From assembly GCF_009914755.1 (NCBI RefSeq), contig NC_060948.1: a stretch of 64,000 bases of DNA. One strand, 5' to 3'. This document shows, in pieces, positions 15,281-28,495 of the stretch (position 1 is its first letter; each line of letters opens with the position of its first letter). The position numbers and the translations under genes are program-made. This stretch comes from the human T2T-CHM13v2.0 reference genome, Homo sapiens. The notes under the pieces were generated by a model. It ran no database searches. It was not told the DNA's origin and worked only from the letters and a program-made list of their open reading frames with translations.

Positions 15281-16039
15281 CTAAAATGTAAAAGGACTAA
15301 TATTAAATTCCTGATAACTAAAAAATCAGCATAGTATATATAAGCCTTTGGGGACATGAAATAAAGGAACATGTTTAAAACGTGAGGAAATGAGTTGTAT
15401 CCTACACATAATAATGACAGAGGTTTTTCCCATTGCATTTGAATATAAAGTTTTGCTTTCTAGATGTTTTAAAGGTTTTCAGCAGCTGATTTAACTATCC
15501 TTGAGAGAAAAACTAATGCTCTAACTCTATCAGACTTTTTTAGCCTCATACTGACTCTGCTTCTTAATGTGTGGTCTTAAATTTGCTAAATCAATTGATT
15601 AAGCTTAAAGAAAATTTAATTTAAAATGAGAGAGAGCAAAATTAGCACTGGTGAAGGCCTGCTGACTTACTGGCCCAGCATATTTAAGTACACTGACTTA
15701 TGTGGTTAGAGTTGAATATTGGCCAAATGAAATTTTATGAACTCAAGAAAATTACAGCCACTAACTCTAAGGGTATTATATTCACTAAATGTAGTCTTTA
15801 GATCAATGGCACCCTTGTGTCCAGTAAATGGACCAGACTGTTTAAATATTGGCTCATATCCTTTATCATGTGTGACTGGATTATGATACTAATTTCCTCA
15901 GTAAAGACTTCTCAATATAAATTTAAGTAATTTCTAACTAGGTTTAATATCCACAATATATATTTTTTAAATCCTTGAGTGTATATAGCACCGTTCAAAT
16001 GAAAAGTTTTTGGTACTTCTCAGGCATTATTTCATTTAC

Positions 16040-16270
16040 TTTCACAATTTCCCGCTGGACAATGTCATTTGCACTGAATTGAGGATGGGGCACCAATATT
16101 TGCTGTTTCTGCTCCTGCTTCTCTACATCTAAGTCGATTAGAGAGTAAGATCACATGAAATTGGGAAGTAAGATTGTTTTGTTAATTAATTTCTGCTTAC
16201 ATTGCATGGATTTATACTGATAAGAAATATGTATGAGACAAGGTGCTGTGTATTGTGGTAGATATCAAAG
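16040..16270 (-). pseudogene. Fossil gene exon E (SFDIYHNTQH...YQYKSMQCKQKLINKTILLPNFM*SYSLIDLDVEKQEQKQQILVPHPQFSANDIVQREIVK)
   Basis: Polypyrimidine tract ending GTGTCCAA (expected AG); donor AAA|GTAAAT; 231 nt against 232 needed for phase 2 to 0; one TGA. Confidence 0.55.
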
Positions 16271-16359
16271 TTGGACACAAATAAAAACATAAAAAACGCA
16301 GATAGTGTGTTACAGAATATGCTATGGCAAAATTCACAAGTGAATTCAGGTAGCGAGTC

Positions 16360-16590
16360 AGCAAGCTCTAACAGAAGACATTGGTTTGAACCTGGAATCT
16401 ACAATTAGTAACTGTGTGAACTTGAGTGCATTTTTAACCATTTACTTCCTTGATTCTTAGACTTAAGTTATGTAGAAGAGGAAAAACAATGCCTCGCTAA
16501 GTGACTTGCATGAATATTGAAATAGATAGTATGTGGAAATATTTAACACAGTGCCTGGCACAGAGAAGGGACCTAATAAATGTAGATGAA
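16360..16590 (+). mobile_element. MIR
   Basis: aactgtgtgaacttgag...aacacagtgcctggcacagagaagggacctaataaatg. Confidence 0.75.
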
Positions 16591-16619
16591 TCTGACGTTT
16601 TCTAGTAGATGAAATCAGC

Positions 16620-17430
16620 ATATAGATAGATATAGCTTTAAGGATAAGTAAAATTTCACCAGAGGGAGTTGAGAGAATATTATTCTAGGGAGAAAGAAAA
16701 GCATGTGGAGTAGTGTAGAAGTATAAAAACACAGAACACTTCTAGGAATTTTTTTTTTTTTTTCAATAGAGGCTAGAGAGAGTTAAGTTGGATAGTTAGG
16801 CTGAGGTTAGATCATGGGATTTGGACCTTCCATATTACTTAGAGGAAAGCTACTGAACATATTTGAACATGGAAGAATTATAATGAGAATGGGATTGGTT
16901 GATAGGAAGGGTTGAACAAAGCAAGACTGATTATTAAGCTAATATAATAAGTAGTTCAATTATGAATGCTTAAGGCCTGAAAGAGGAAGTTGGAAATGTA
17001 AGAATAAATATTGATCAAAATTAAAGATAACAATTACTGGTAATTTTTACATAGATTTAAGGCCCAGTCCCTTACCTTAAAAAAGCACACTAGGATCTGG
17101 CCCTGCCTATCTTACTAGGCGTATTTATCCCCTGCCCCTCCACTGTTCCTCTCTGCAGGTTTCAAGCAGAACAATTTCTTTCCGGCAGCTTAAATATGCT
17201 GTCCTCATCCACATGGTCTCCTTTCATTCTGAAATAGTTTTCATCTCCTTACCCAACTGAAAGTTTTTATTTGTTTCTCAAATTTTAGTTCAGGCATTGG
17301 ATTCTTTTAAGGTCTTCCCTACCATCCCAGATTAGAATTTGATTTTCCTCTTTGCTACATCTTGCCCTTCTCTATAACTTTTTAATACTTATTATATTGC
17401 ATTTGCCATATTCTGTGTGATATTGCCATT
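16620..17430. mobile_element. L2 fragments (minus then plus orientation)
   Basis: L2-like text tattctagggagaaagaaaagcatgtg and gatctggccctgcctatctt. Confidence 0.5.
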
Positions 17431-17449
17431 GCCACACTCCTTTTAAATT

Positions 17450-17537
17450 TTTTTTCAAACACCTGGTTTCAAGCAATTCTCCTGCCTTGGCTTTCCAAAG
17501 CGCTTGGATTACAGGCATGAGTCACTGCACCCAACCG
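17450..17537 (-). mobile_element. Alu left-monomer/FLAM fragment
   Basis: aagcaattctcctgccttggctttccaaagcgcttggattacaggcatgagtcactgcacc. Confidence 0.8.
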
Positions 17538-17564
17538 TCCTTTTTACTTTTTAAATCATGATAA

Positions 17565-17840
17565 CTAATAATAATGATTACTAATCATTTACTACGTACC
17601 AATACATTGTTATAAGCACTTTAAATGTATTGGTTCATATAATCTTAATCTTAAACAAACCTTTGATTTCATAATAATTGTTATCTCCATTTAATAGTTA
17701 ACTAAAAAAAAAAAACCTCAAGCAAAGGGAGAATAAGTATCTAGCCCAATGTTTTACATATAGAAAACAGTGGAGCCCAAGTATTCAAGCTCAAATACTC
17801 TGGATCCAGAGCCTTTTCTGTTAACTATAAAATGCTGCCT
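17565..17840 (-). mobile_element. MIR
   Basis: taagcactttaaatgtattgg...tatctccattt...ctctggatccagagcc. Confidence 0.65.
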
Positions 17841-18699
17841 CTCTTAGATAAAACTATAAAACATAAAGGATATAAAGAAATTGACCAAAGTCATGCCTTG
17901 GTTAATAATTATAGTTAGAAAGCAGAAGAATTAGGCATCAAATGTGAAACAATTGTGAAGTGGAAGGAGAACATGGCTAGTGCAGTGTTGTGCAACCGAA
18001 TGAAATGTTTTTAAAATAATCAGTATTTGAAAAAGACTAACAGGACAAGAGAAATAGTTGTTAATAGATAAAGTAGATCCTGAAAGAAGTGAAGACAGAG
18101 AGGAACAAGAGAACATAATTAATTCTCACAATGTATAAGTCCAATTATTCCTCAGAAACAGAAAAGAGCATATTGAAGGAAAATGCATGGAAATGTTGTA
18201 ATGGAAGTGTGCCCAAAACACTGATGCGCAAACATATTATTGTCTCAGAAAAGTTGTAGAAGGATTATGTGCTAAAAGTGATGAAGACAGGTCAGATTGG
18301 GAATTTAAGAAAAAAAGAAATGGCTTGGGAACATTTCCGTGGGGAATGAAAACAAAGGCCATAAGGCTTGTAATGTGCTGTACGAGTCATGAAAAATTGA
18401 CTGAAAATCTTACAGATAGAGAGATGGTGAATAGTACGAAAATCTAAGTTCTAGCTCTGTAGTGTCAGAAGTGAAAGATAAAGTAATAGGAAATAATACT
18501 TTTTAAAATTAATTAAATGGTAAAAATGTTATCGGGTTTATGAGCATGACCTGTTTTAGTCCCCAGAGATAATAACATAGGAAGAAGTAAAAGGAAGATT
18601 CTGAAGAGTCCTTGAGTCATTGAAAAAAATGAAAGACTACACAGGAGATTGTTGAGTTATGGTAGCAAAATAAAGAGAAGATACCATAGCTGTATTGTT

Positions 18700-19169
18700 T
18701 AGACTCTAAAGTACTTAGGCTCTGGGCACAAGGTGCATAAGGTGAACCTGAAATACCTTGTCATTCCAGAAACCATAGAAATGATCAAAAACCACTAGAG
18801 TTATGTTAGAAAAGGTCTTAAGAGCCAACCTGGATAAATTCCCACTGGAAAAATATGAGAAGTTCTCTTAACTACCAAAAAGAGTAATAATTGAAAGCGA
18901 TTTAAGTATGTCAAATATTGTCAAGACTATTAGCTCATAATATATTTTTTAAAAGCCTCATTGTTCACTTGTGAAGGATTTTAGGCAACACCTCATTATT
19001 TTGAAATCCTGCACTGCAATTAAGACAAAGAAGCAATTACTCTGCTTTTTCTATGCACTCAGTGCCTCAGTATTACCAAGTACTAGTTGAGAAAAAGCGA
19101 GTGTTTTGTTCACATAATGTCCCTGTTGTGTAGCTGTGCTTGCCCTATACAAATAGCTAAATATAATGT

Positions 19170-19207
<38 letters not shown>

Positions 19208-19645
19208 TAGTCAAACTTGTCAGCCAAATCTAATAATGACAAGAAATACAAGGCAGAGAGAAACACATGAGGCAGTATTATAAGGAGGCTAACTTTAGAC
19301 ATTGGAAAACCCAATAAAAACAACTGGGTTACTTCAGTAAAACAAGAGAAAAAGAGAGAGGGATAGAGGGAGGAGGGAGTGAGAAAAGAGAGATGGAGAG
19401 AGAAGGTAAATATTTGAAGTCTTGGAATATACATCAACAATCAAATTGATTGATCTGATTTGGCTATAAACTAAAAAATCATTTTAAAATATAACAAAAT
19501 AAGATAAATAAGAACCTTGATTGGATATTTGTTAATATTTAGAAGTTATTTTTAGTGTTTCAAGTATAATAATAGGATATTTTATGTTTTTAAAAAACAC
19601 TTGTATTTTAGAGAAACATACAGAAATAATTACAGATAAAATAAT
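18700..19645 (+). mobile_element. L1MC4/5-like 3' UTR fragment containing (TG)n at 19173-19204
   Basis: gaacctgaaataccttgtcattccagaaacc...agagccaacctgga; resumes after ~23715. Confidence 0.65.
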
Positions 19646-19649
19646 ATAG

Positions 19650-22600
19650 AAGAAAGTGCCAAGATGGTTGACTAGAAGCAGCTAGTGTGTACCACTGTCA
19701 CAGAGAGGAGATAGAGTGGTGCATAAATACTAGCTCTAGTGTTCAAGTGGATTGTCCAGGAGGCCATGTTGTGATTCCTGAAGGAAGCAATGGTGACCCA
19801 CGGAGGACAGAGAGGAGTGAGGCTGCCCACCTGAGATTGGCATGGAGCATGGGGAGGCTCCCTATTGTGGGGAATGGGTGAGTGAGCAAGAGGCCCAAGG
19901 GACACACACTTCTGCTATAAACCTTTGTAATCTTAGGCATAAGAGATCCTAACTGACCCCCTGGACCCCCAGACAAACATGGAGAGACAGCTGCATGGAA
20001 ACTGGGCAGAGCCACTTCTCAGGCCCTCATGGAGCCCCATAGGACTTGGATCCCTAAGCACCCTGGTGAAAGTTTTTGTAGCCCTGGCAGTTAGGGAGGC
20101 CAGGCTCTCTTTCACAAACCCAGCATGCCTAGACAAATGCATAATAACAGTGGGACATTTCAACATTTCACCAACAGCATTAGAGACATCTTTGAGGTAA
20201 AAACTAACAAAGAAGTTCTGGACTTAAATTTAAGACTTGAACAATTGGACAAAATAGACATCTACAGAACACACCACCCACCAACAACAGAATATATATT
20301 CTACTCATCTTCACATGGAATGTATTATAGGATCAATCACATGTTCAATCTCAGTAAATTGAAAAAATTAAAATCATACCTAGCACACTCAAATCACAGT
20401 GCAATAAAAAGAAAAATAAATATCAAGATGATATCTTAAAATGACAAAAAGTCATGGAAATTAAACAACTTCGTCCTGAATAACTAATGAGTGAACATTT
20501 AAATTAAAGCAGAAATACAAAATATTTGAAATTAATCAAAATGTGAACACAATCTACCAACACCTCTGGGATGCAGCTAAGGCAGTGTTAAGAGGAAAAT
20601 TTATAGCACTAAATGCCTTCATCAGGATGCTAGAAAGCTCTCAAATTAATGTTTTAACTTTGTACCTAAAGTAACTAGAGGAAAAAAAAAACACACAAAA
20701 ACCAATACCAAAGCAAGAAGAAAAAAATGAATAATTAAAATAAGAACTGAATTAAATTGAGATGCAAGCATTCATGCAAATGATTAATGAAACCAAGTGT
20801 AGATTTAAAAAAATAAACAAGATTGATAAACTTCCAGCTAGATTAACAAATAAAATAGAGAGAAGATCCAAATAAGTATAATCAGAAATGATAAGGATGA
20901 CACTACCATTGATCCCATATAGTTGAAAAAGATCTTCATAGAATGCTATTTAACAACACTATGCACACAAATTAGAAAATCTAGAAGAAATTGATAAATT
21001 TCTAGAACACACATTTTCACAAAATTGAATCGGAAGATTTAAAACCTGCATAGACCAAAATTGAATCCTGAAATTAAATCATCAATAAAAATCCTGGCAA
21101 CCAAAAGAAGTCCTGGGCCAGACAAATTCATAGCTGAGTTCTACGAGACATAAAAGAACTGGTACCAATCCTAATGAAACTATTACAAAAAAATCGAGGT
21201 GGAGAGGCTCCTCCCTATCTGATTCTATGAAGCCAGCATTAGCTTAATACCCAAATCTGGCAGAGACACAATGAAAAAAAAAAAAAAAAAAACTTGAGGC
21301 CAGTATCTCTGATGAACACAGATAAAAAAGTCCATAACAAAATACTAGCAAACCAAATTCAGCAGCACATCAAAATGTTAATACATCACAACCAATAAGG
21401 CTTTCTTTGTGGAATGCAAGATTGTTTTGACATATGGAAATTATTAACTGATTCACCACCTCAACAGAATTAAAAACAAAATCATATGTTCTCTCAATAG
21501 AAGAAGTGAAAACTTTCAATAATGTCCATTATCCCTTCATGATAAAAAGACCCAACAAACTAGGCAACAAAAGAACATACTTCAAAATAATAAGAGCCAT
21601 ATATGGCAAGCCAATATCATACTGAAGGGCAAAAGCTGAAGCAATCTACCTTAAGAACTGCAACAAGACAAGGATGCCCACTCTCACCACTCCTACACTC
21701 CCACCACTCCTACTTTAACATTGTACTGGAAGCCCTAGCCAGAGCAATCAGGCAAGAGAAAGAATTAAAAGACATCCAAATTGGAAAAAAAAAAGAAGAC
21801 AAATTATCTCTCTTTGTTGGAGATAAGATTCTGTAACTAGAAAAGCCTAATGACCCCACCAAAAGGCTACTAGAACTGTTACATGACTTTAGTAGGTTTT
21901 ACTATACAAAATCAATGTACAAAAATCAGTAGTATATTTATACACTAATAATGTCCAGGTTGAGAGTTAAATCAAGAGCACAATACCATTTATACTAGGC
22001 AGAAATAAAATGAAATACCTAGCAGTACACATAATCAAAAAGCTTAAAGATCTTTACAAGAAGCACAAACATGTTGAAAGAAATCAGATATGACACAAAA
22101 AGATAGAAAAATATCCCGTGCTTATGGATTAAAATGGCTATATGGCCCAAAGCAATTTACAGATTCAACACTATTCCTATCAAACTACAAAAGTCATTCA
22201 TCACAGAATTAGGAAAAGCTATTCAAAAACTCATATGGAACCAAAAAAAGAGCCTGAATAAACAAAGCAATCCTAAGCAAAAGAACGAAGCTAGAGGGAT
22301 CATATTACCTGACTTCAAACCATAGTATATAAGGCTATAGTAGCCAAAATAGCCTGGTATTGGTATAAAAACAGAAACATAGACAAATGGAACAGAATAT
22401 AAAACCCAGACATAAAGCCTTACACACGCAACCATTTGATATTTGACAAGCCAAGAAACACAAGCAATGGGAAAAGGACTCCCTATTCAATAAATGGTGT
22501 TGTGACAAGTGGCTATACAGAAGAATGAAACTGAACCCTTACCTTTTACAATATACAAAAATTAACTCAGGTAGGATTAAAGATTCAAATGAAAAATATC

Positions 22601-23690
22601 AAAATATAAAAATTCAAAAAAAACCTAGGAAATGCCCTTCTCAATATCAGCCTTGGCAAAGAATTTTTGCCTATGTCTTCAAAAGAAACTACAGCAAAAA
22701 ATATTGACAAGTGGGACCTAATTAAACTAAATAGCTCCTGCACAGCAAAATAAATTATCAACAAAGCAAACAGCCAACCTGCAGAATAGAAGAAAATATT
22801 CACAAACTATGCATCTGACGAAAGACTAATATCAAGAATCTATACAAAATTTAAACAAATTAACAAGCAAAAAAAACACCATTAAATGGGCAAAGGATAT
22901 GAACAGACATTTCTCAAAAAAGACATAAACAGCCAACAAACATATAAAAATGTTCCACATAACTGATCATTAGAGAAATGCAAATCAAATCCACAACGAT
23001 ATACCATCTCACACCACTCCAAATGGCTATTTTTGAGAAATTAAAATAACAAGTAAGATCCTCGAGAGGCTGAAGAGAAAAAGGAAACACTTATGCACTG
23101 TTGGTGAGAGTGTATAAATTAGTTAAATCATTGGGAAATCAGTGTGGCGATTCCTCAAAGAACTTGAAGCAGAGCTCCTGTTTGACCCAGCAATCCCATT
23201 ACTGGATATGTACTCAAAGGAAAATAGATAATTATATCAAAAGTCACATGCATACATGTGTTAATTGCTTTGCTATTCACAATACCAAAGAACGGAATCA
23301 ATCTAGATGTCCATTAATGGTGGATGATAAAGAAAATGTGGTATATATACACCATGGAATACTGCATAGCCATATAAAAGAATAAAATCATGTCATTTGC
23401 AGCAATATGAATAGAGCTGGAGGTTAAAGCCAATGAACACAGGAAGAGAAAACTAAATCCTGCATGTTCACACTTACAAATGGGAGCCAAACATTGAGCA
23501 GCCAGAGACATAAACATGGGAACAATAGACACTGCTAACTAGTAGTCTGGGGAGGGAGGGGCATATGGTTTAAAAAAAACTACCTATTGGATACTATGCT
23601 CACTACTTGGGTGCAAATACCCATGCAACAAATCTGCACAGGTACTCCCTATACCTAAAATAAAAGTTGAGAAAAAATATTTTATAAACT
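19650..23690 (+). mobile_element. L1PA17/L1PB4-like LINE, ORF1 deleted
   Basis: gccaagatgg start; UTR to ~20128 then ORF2 endonuclease (IITVGHFN, DIYRTHHP); 3' end ctatgctcactacttgggtgcaaatacccatg. Confidence 0.9.
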
Positions 23691-24912
23691 CTGATCACAA
23701 AAATTATAAAAAATAAATAATATGGTGTCTCTAAAATAATCTGGCAAAGGGTAGGGAAAACTTGCCAAGGTTAAATGACTCACCTGAAGTCACACAGCCA
23801 GTGTAAGCCAGAAAATTTAACCCAGGGAGACAAAGAATAAGGAGATCTCTGTGTAATTTCAAGATTAGGCAATGAGAGGACAGAGAAATTGGCCTGCCTG
23901 TATCATCAGAGCTTAACTAGACAACTAGACAAATACATACTGAATATTTGAATAAAATTTTTCATGTCAACCTAGCTTCCAGGTTAAACACTGAGAAAGA
24001 TATTCTAGCAATGTAATCAAATAATAGAGACCTCAATAAATAAACTATTTGCTTCTTAAATATATTAAATATATTTTCCTTTATTCAAGTATGAGTCAAC
24101 ATTTTGAAAAACAACAATATATAATCCATAAAAAGATCCCATAACATTAATAAAAGAATCACCTCTTAAGAGAAAATAAGAATTATCAAAATTATTTACA
24201 AAAGAAAATTAAAAAATGGACTACATGTTCTGGTCTCTAGTAAATACATGAAATTACTTATACTGTGAAAAATGTGACAAATGAGAAGGAAAAGAAATGT
24301 ATACAGGGAGGCTGTGTAGAAACTAAAACCTGTAACAAAACTAAAATTCACAAGATAAACAGTTGAGGAAAACCAACATTTAGAAAATCAAAATGATTAT
24401 GATGCCGAGGCATTTAGTGCAAACTAAAGACACTTTCTCATAATGCAGAGAAAATGACTGAAAATTATGAGAGAAAATATGACAAAAACAATAGATCCAG
24501 TCTACAACTAGTTAGTGTCCCCGAGGGAAATAAGTCAAATCAATATAGCAGAAACAAAAATAGAGTATAATCCAATACATTTTTTTAACAATTGCAAAAG
24601 GTGTAAGCCAAAATGATAAAAAAAAATACAGCCAATAAAATAATACTTGCATAAATTGGGTAACAAAAAAAATTCCAACAAAAATTATGTGAAAACTTCA
24701 AGCCATAATATCACAAAATTAGCATACTAATTTAGGACAGAATAATAATTGCTTAATTTTGTAAAGCCTAATAAAATGTGAATTACAAGTCAAATGGTAA
24801 ATTGATATGATTCAATGTTTATAATCACATAGACATTTCGAAGTCATTTGCTTATAAAAGTCATGAGATCATTTGTAAGTGAAATGAGACAAACAGGAAT
24901 TTGCCTCCTTAC

Positions 24913-24966
24913 CTATATGTGTCCTCGAAATAGTCATTAATTGCTATTTCTTTAAGCAAAAGAACT
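24913..24966 (-). pseudogene. Fossil gene exon D, 54 nt, phase 2-2 (RVLLLKEIAINDYFEDTY)
   Basis: Acceptor TTATAATTGCAG; strong donor AG|GTAAGG; only one open frame. Confidence 0.6.
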
Positions 24967-24999
24967 CTGCAATTATAAGTTGGTTTCTAAGATTTTTAA

Positions 25000-25100
25000 A
25001 ATTTTGTTTTTATTGACAAATAATTGTATATATTTATGGGGTACAATGCATTTTTTGCATAATAGATCAACATCAGTGCAATGTTTTGATATGTGTATGA
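25000..25100 (-). mobile_element. Short L1MA 3'-end insertion
   Basis: tttattgacaaataattgtatatatttatggggtacaatg; approximate TSD ttctaagatttttaaa / ttcttgagattttaaa. Confidence 0.7.
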
Positions 25101-25180
25101 TTCTTGAGATTTTAAATAAATTATACAGCTAGATCAGAAAGTTGTCTCCTCATTTTTGCAAGATAAAAGCTCAATTCAAC

Positions 25181-25235
25181 CTTGAGTAACTGAAGAACAA
25201 TGCTGAGATGAAAGTTTCTTAAAAGATGTCTTTCC
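25181..25235 (-). pseudogene. Fossil gene exon C, 55 nt, phase 1-2 (WKDIF*ETFISALFFSYS)
   Basis: Acceptor TTATTGATTGCTTCAG; weak donor AAG|GTTGAA; phases fit both neighbours. Confidence 0.5.
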
Positions 25236-26284
25236 CTGAAGCAATCAATAATGAATGTTGTAAGAGTCTTTCTCTAGGTTTCATGTTTTTAATGTTTTAA
25301 TTTTTAATTTTTGTGGGAACACAGTAGATGTATATAATTGTGAAGTACATGAGATGTTTTCATGCAAGTATGCAAGGCATAAGATTCACATCATGGAGAA
25401 TAAGCTATCCATTTACGCAAGCATTTATCCTTTCTGTTACAAATAATCCAATTATACTATTTTACTTATTTTAAAATGTACAATTAACTTATTATTGACT
25501 AAAGTCACTCTGTTGTGCGACCAAATAATCTCTCTTATTCATTCTAACTATACTTTTTGGATCCATTAACTGTCTCCACCTCCCCCACAGCCCCCCACTA
25601 CCCTCTCCAGACTCTGATAACCATTCTTCTACTCTCTGTGTCCATTTCTATTATTTTGATTTTTAGATCCCACAAGCAAGTGAGAACATGCAATGTTTAT
25701 CTTTCTGTGCCTGGCTTATTTCACTTAACATAATTATCTCCATTTGCATCCACATTGGTGCAAATAACAGAATCTCATTATTTTTTATAGCTGAATAGTA
25801 CTCCACTGGGCTCCACCGTGTATATATACCACATTGTCTTTATCTATTCATCTGCCAATGGACATTTAGGTTGCTTCCAAGTCATAGCTATTGTGAACAG
25901 TGCTGCAACAACCATGGGAGTTCAGATAAGTCTCTGATATACTGTCTTTCTTTTGGGTATACACCCAGCAGTGGGATTGCTGGGTCATATAATATCTCTG
26001 TTTTTAGTTTTTTCCTTCAAACTGTTCTCCATAGTGATTGTACTAATTTACATTCCCACCAACAGTGTAGGAGGCTTCCCTTATCGCCACATCCTTGCCA
26101 GCATGTATTATTGCCTGTCTTTTGGATATTAGCCATTTTAACTAGGGTGAGATGATATCTCATTGTAGTTTTGATTTGCATTTATCTGATGATCAATAAT
26201 GTTGAGTAACTTTTCATATGCCTATTTTTCTTTGGTAGGTATGTTTCTGTTGAGAAATATTTATACAAATATTTTACCTATTCT

Positions 26285-26456
26285 TTTTGTTGATGTTGTT
26301 GTTGTTGTTGAGACGGAGTCTCGCTCTAATGCTGAGGCTGGAGTGCAGTGGCGTGATCTTGGCTCACTGCAACCTCTGCCTCCTGGCTTCAAGCGATTCC
26401 ACTGCCTCAGACTCGTGAGTAGCTGGTATTACAGGCGCCCACCACCACACCTGACT
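26285..26456 (-). mobile_element. AluS right arm only, with (GTT)n tail
   Basis: agacggagtctcgctct...acaggcgcccaccaccacacctgacta, then host L1 resumes out of register. Confidence 0.85.
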
Positions 26457-27945
26457 ATGTCATTTTTCTTACTATAGCTCTGTGGTATAATTTGAAGTGA
26501 GGTAATGTGATTCTTCCAGTTTTGTTCTGTTGATTAGAATAGCTTTAGCTATTCTGGGTCTTTTGTGGTTCCATATACATTTTGGGATAGTTTCTTTCTA
26601 TTTCTGTGAAGAATTTCACTGGTATTTGATAAGGATTTCTTTGATTCTGTAGATTTCTTTGGGTAGTATGGACATTTGAACAATATAGATTCTTCCACTC
26701 CATGAACATGGAATATTTTTTAGTATGCTTTTCAATTTCTTTTTTCAGTGATTTATAGTTGTTACTATAGACATAGTTTACTTTTTTGTTAATTCTTAGG
26801 TATTTAATTGTATTTGTGGCTATCATAAATGTGATTGCTTTTTTATTTCTTTTTCAGACTCTACTGTTTACAGAGAGAAATACTACTAATTTTTGTACGT
26901 TGATTTTTGTATCCTGCAAATTCACTGAATTTGTTTATCAATTTTAATAGTTTTTTGTGTAGTTTTTAGGTTTTTTAAAATATAAAATCATATCATTTGA
27001 AAACAATTTGACCTTTTCTATTCCGATTTATGTCCTTTATTTCCTTCTTTTGCCTGATTACTCTAGTTAGGACTTCCAGGACTATGCTGAATAACACTGG
27101 TGAAAGTGGGCATCCTTGTTGTGTTTTAAATCTTAGAGGAAAGGCTTTCAGTTTCTCCCCCATTCAGTTTGATACCACCTGTAGGTCTGTAATATATGGC
27201 TTTTATTATGTTGAGAAATGTTTCTTCTATACCCAGTTTTTGAGGGTTTTATTATGAAAGTATGTTGAATTTTATCAAATGCTTTTTCAGCATTAATTAA
27301 AAAATGATGATGTGTTTTTTAGTCTTTATTCTGTTGACACAGTGTATCACATTTTAGTCCCTGGAATAAATCCCAATAGGTAATGATGAATGATTTTTTA
27401 AATGTAAAGTTGAATTTCATTTGTTAGTATTTTGTTGAGGATTTTTTGCATCAATATGAATCAGCGATATTGGCCAATAGTTTTCTTTCTTTTTTTTCTT
27501 TTTTTAATATGTGTCTAGTTTTGGTATTAAGGCAGTACTGGCCTCATAGAATGAGTTTGGAAGTATTCCCTCCTCCTCTATTTTTTGGAATAGTTTGAGT
27601 AGGATTAGTATTAGTTTTTCTTTATATTTTGGTAGAATTCAGTAGTGAAACCATCAAGTCCAGGGCTTGTTTTTTACTGGGAAATTTTTATTATGCCTTC
27701 TATCACATTGCATTTTATTGGTCTGTTCAGCTTTCGGATTTCTTCCTAGTTTAATCTTGGTAGGTTGTACGTGTCCAGGAATGTGTCAATTTCTTTTAGC
27801 TTTTCCAAGTTTTTAGTAGATTGTTGCTCATAGTAGACAGTAGTGATTTTTTGTACAATTTCTGTACAATTTCTACAGTATCAGTTGTAATGTAACTTTT
27901 TTCATTTCTGATTTTATTCATTTGGATCTTCTCTTTTTTTCTTAG

Positions 27946-28495
<550 letters not shown>

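Noticed and set aside
17068-17080. Perfect minus-strand donor AAGGTAAG
   Set aside because: Adjacent sequence is L2-derived with no credible acceptor or frame.
24000-24800. Possible ancient L1/HAL1 ORF1 remnant
   Set aside because: Too diverged to assign by eye.
24913-25235. Alternative stop-free reading ERHLLRNFHLSIVLQLLK-KPTYNCRVLLL using the acceptor at 24987
   Set aside because: Needs a poorer acceptor and breaks phase with exon B; not excluded without an orthologue.
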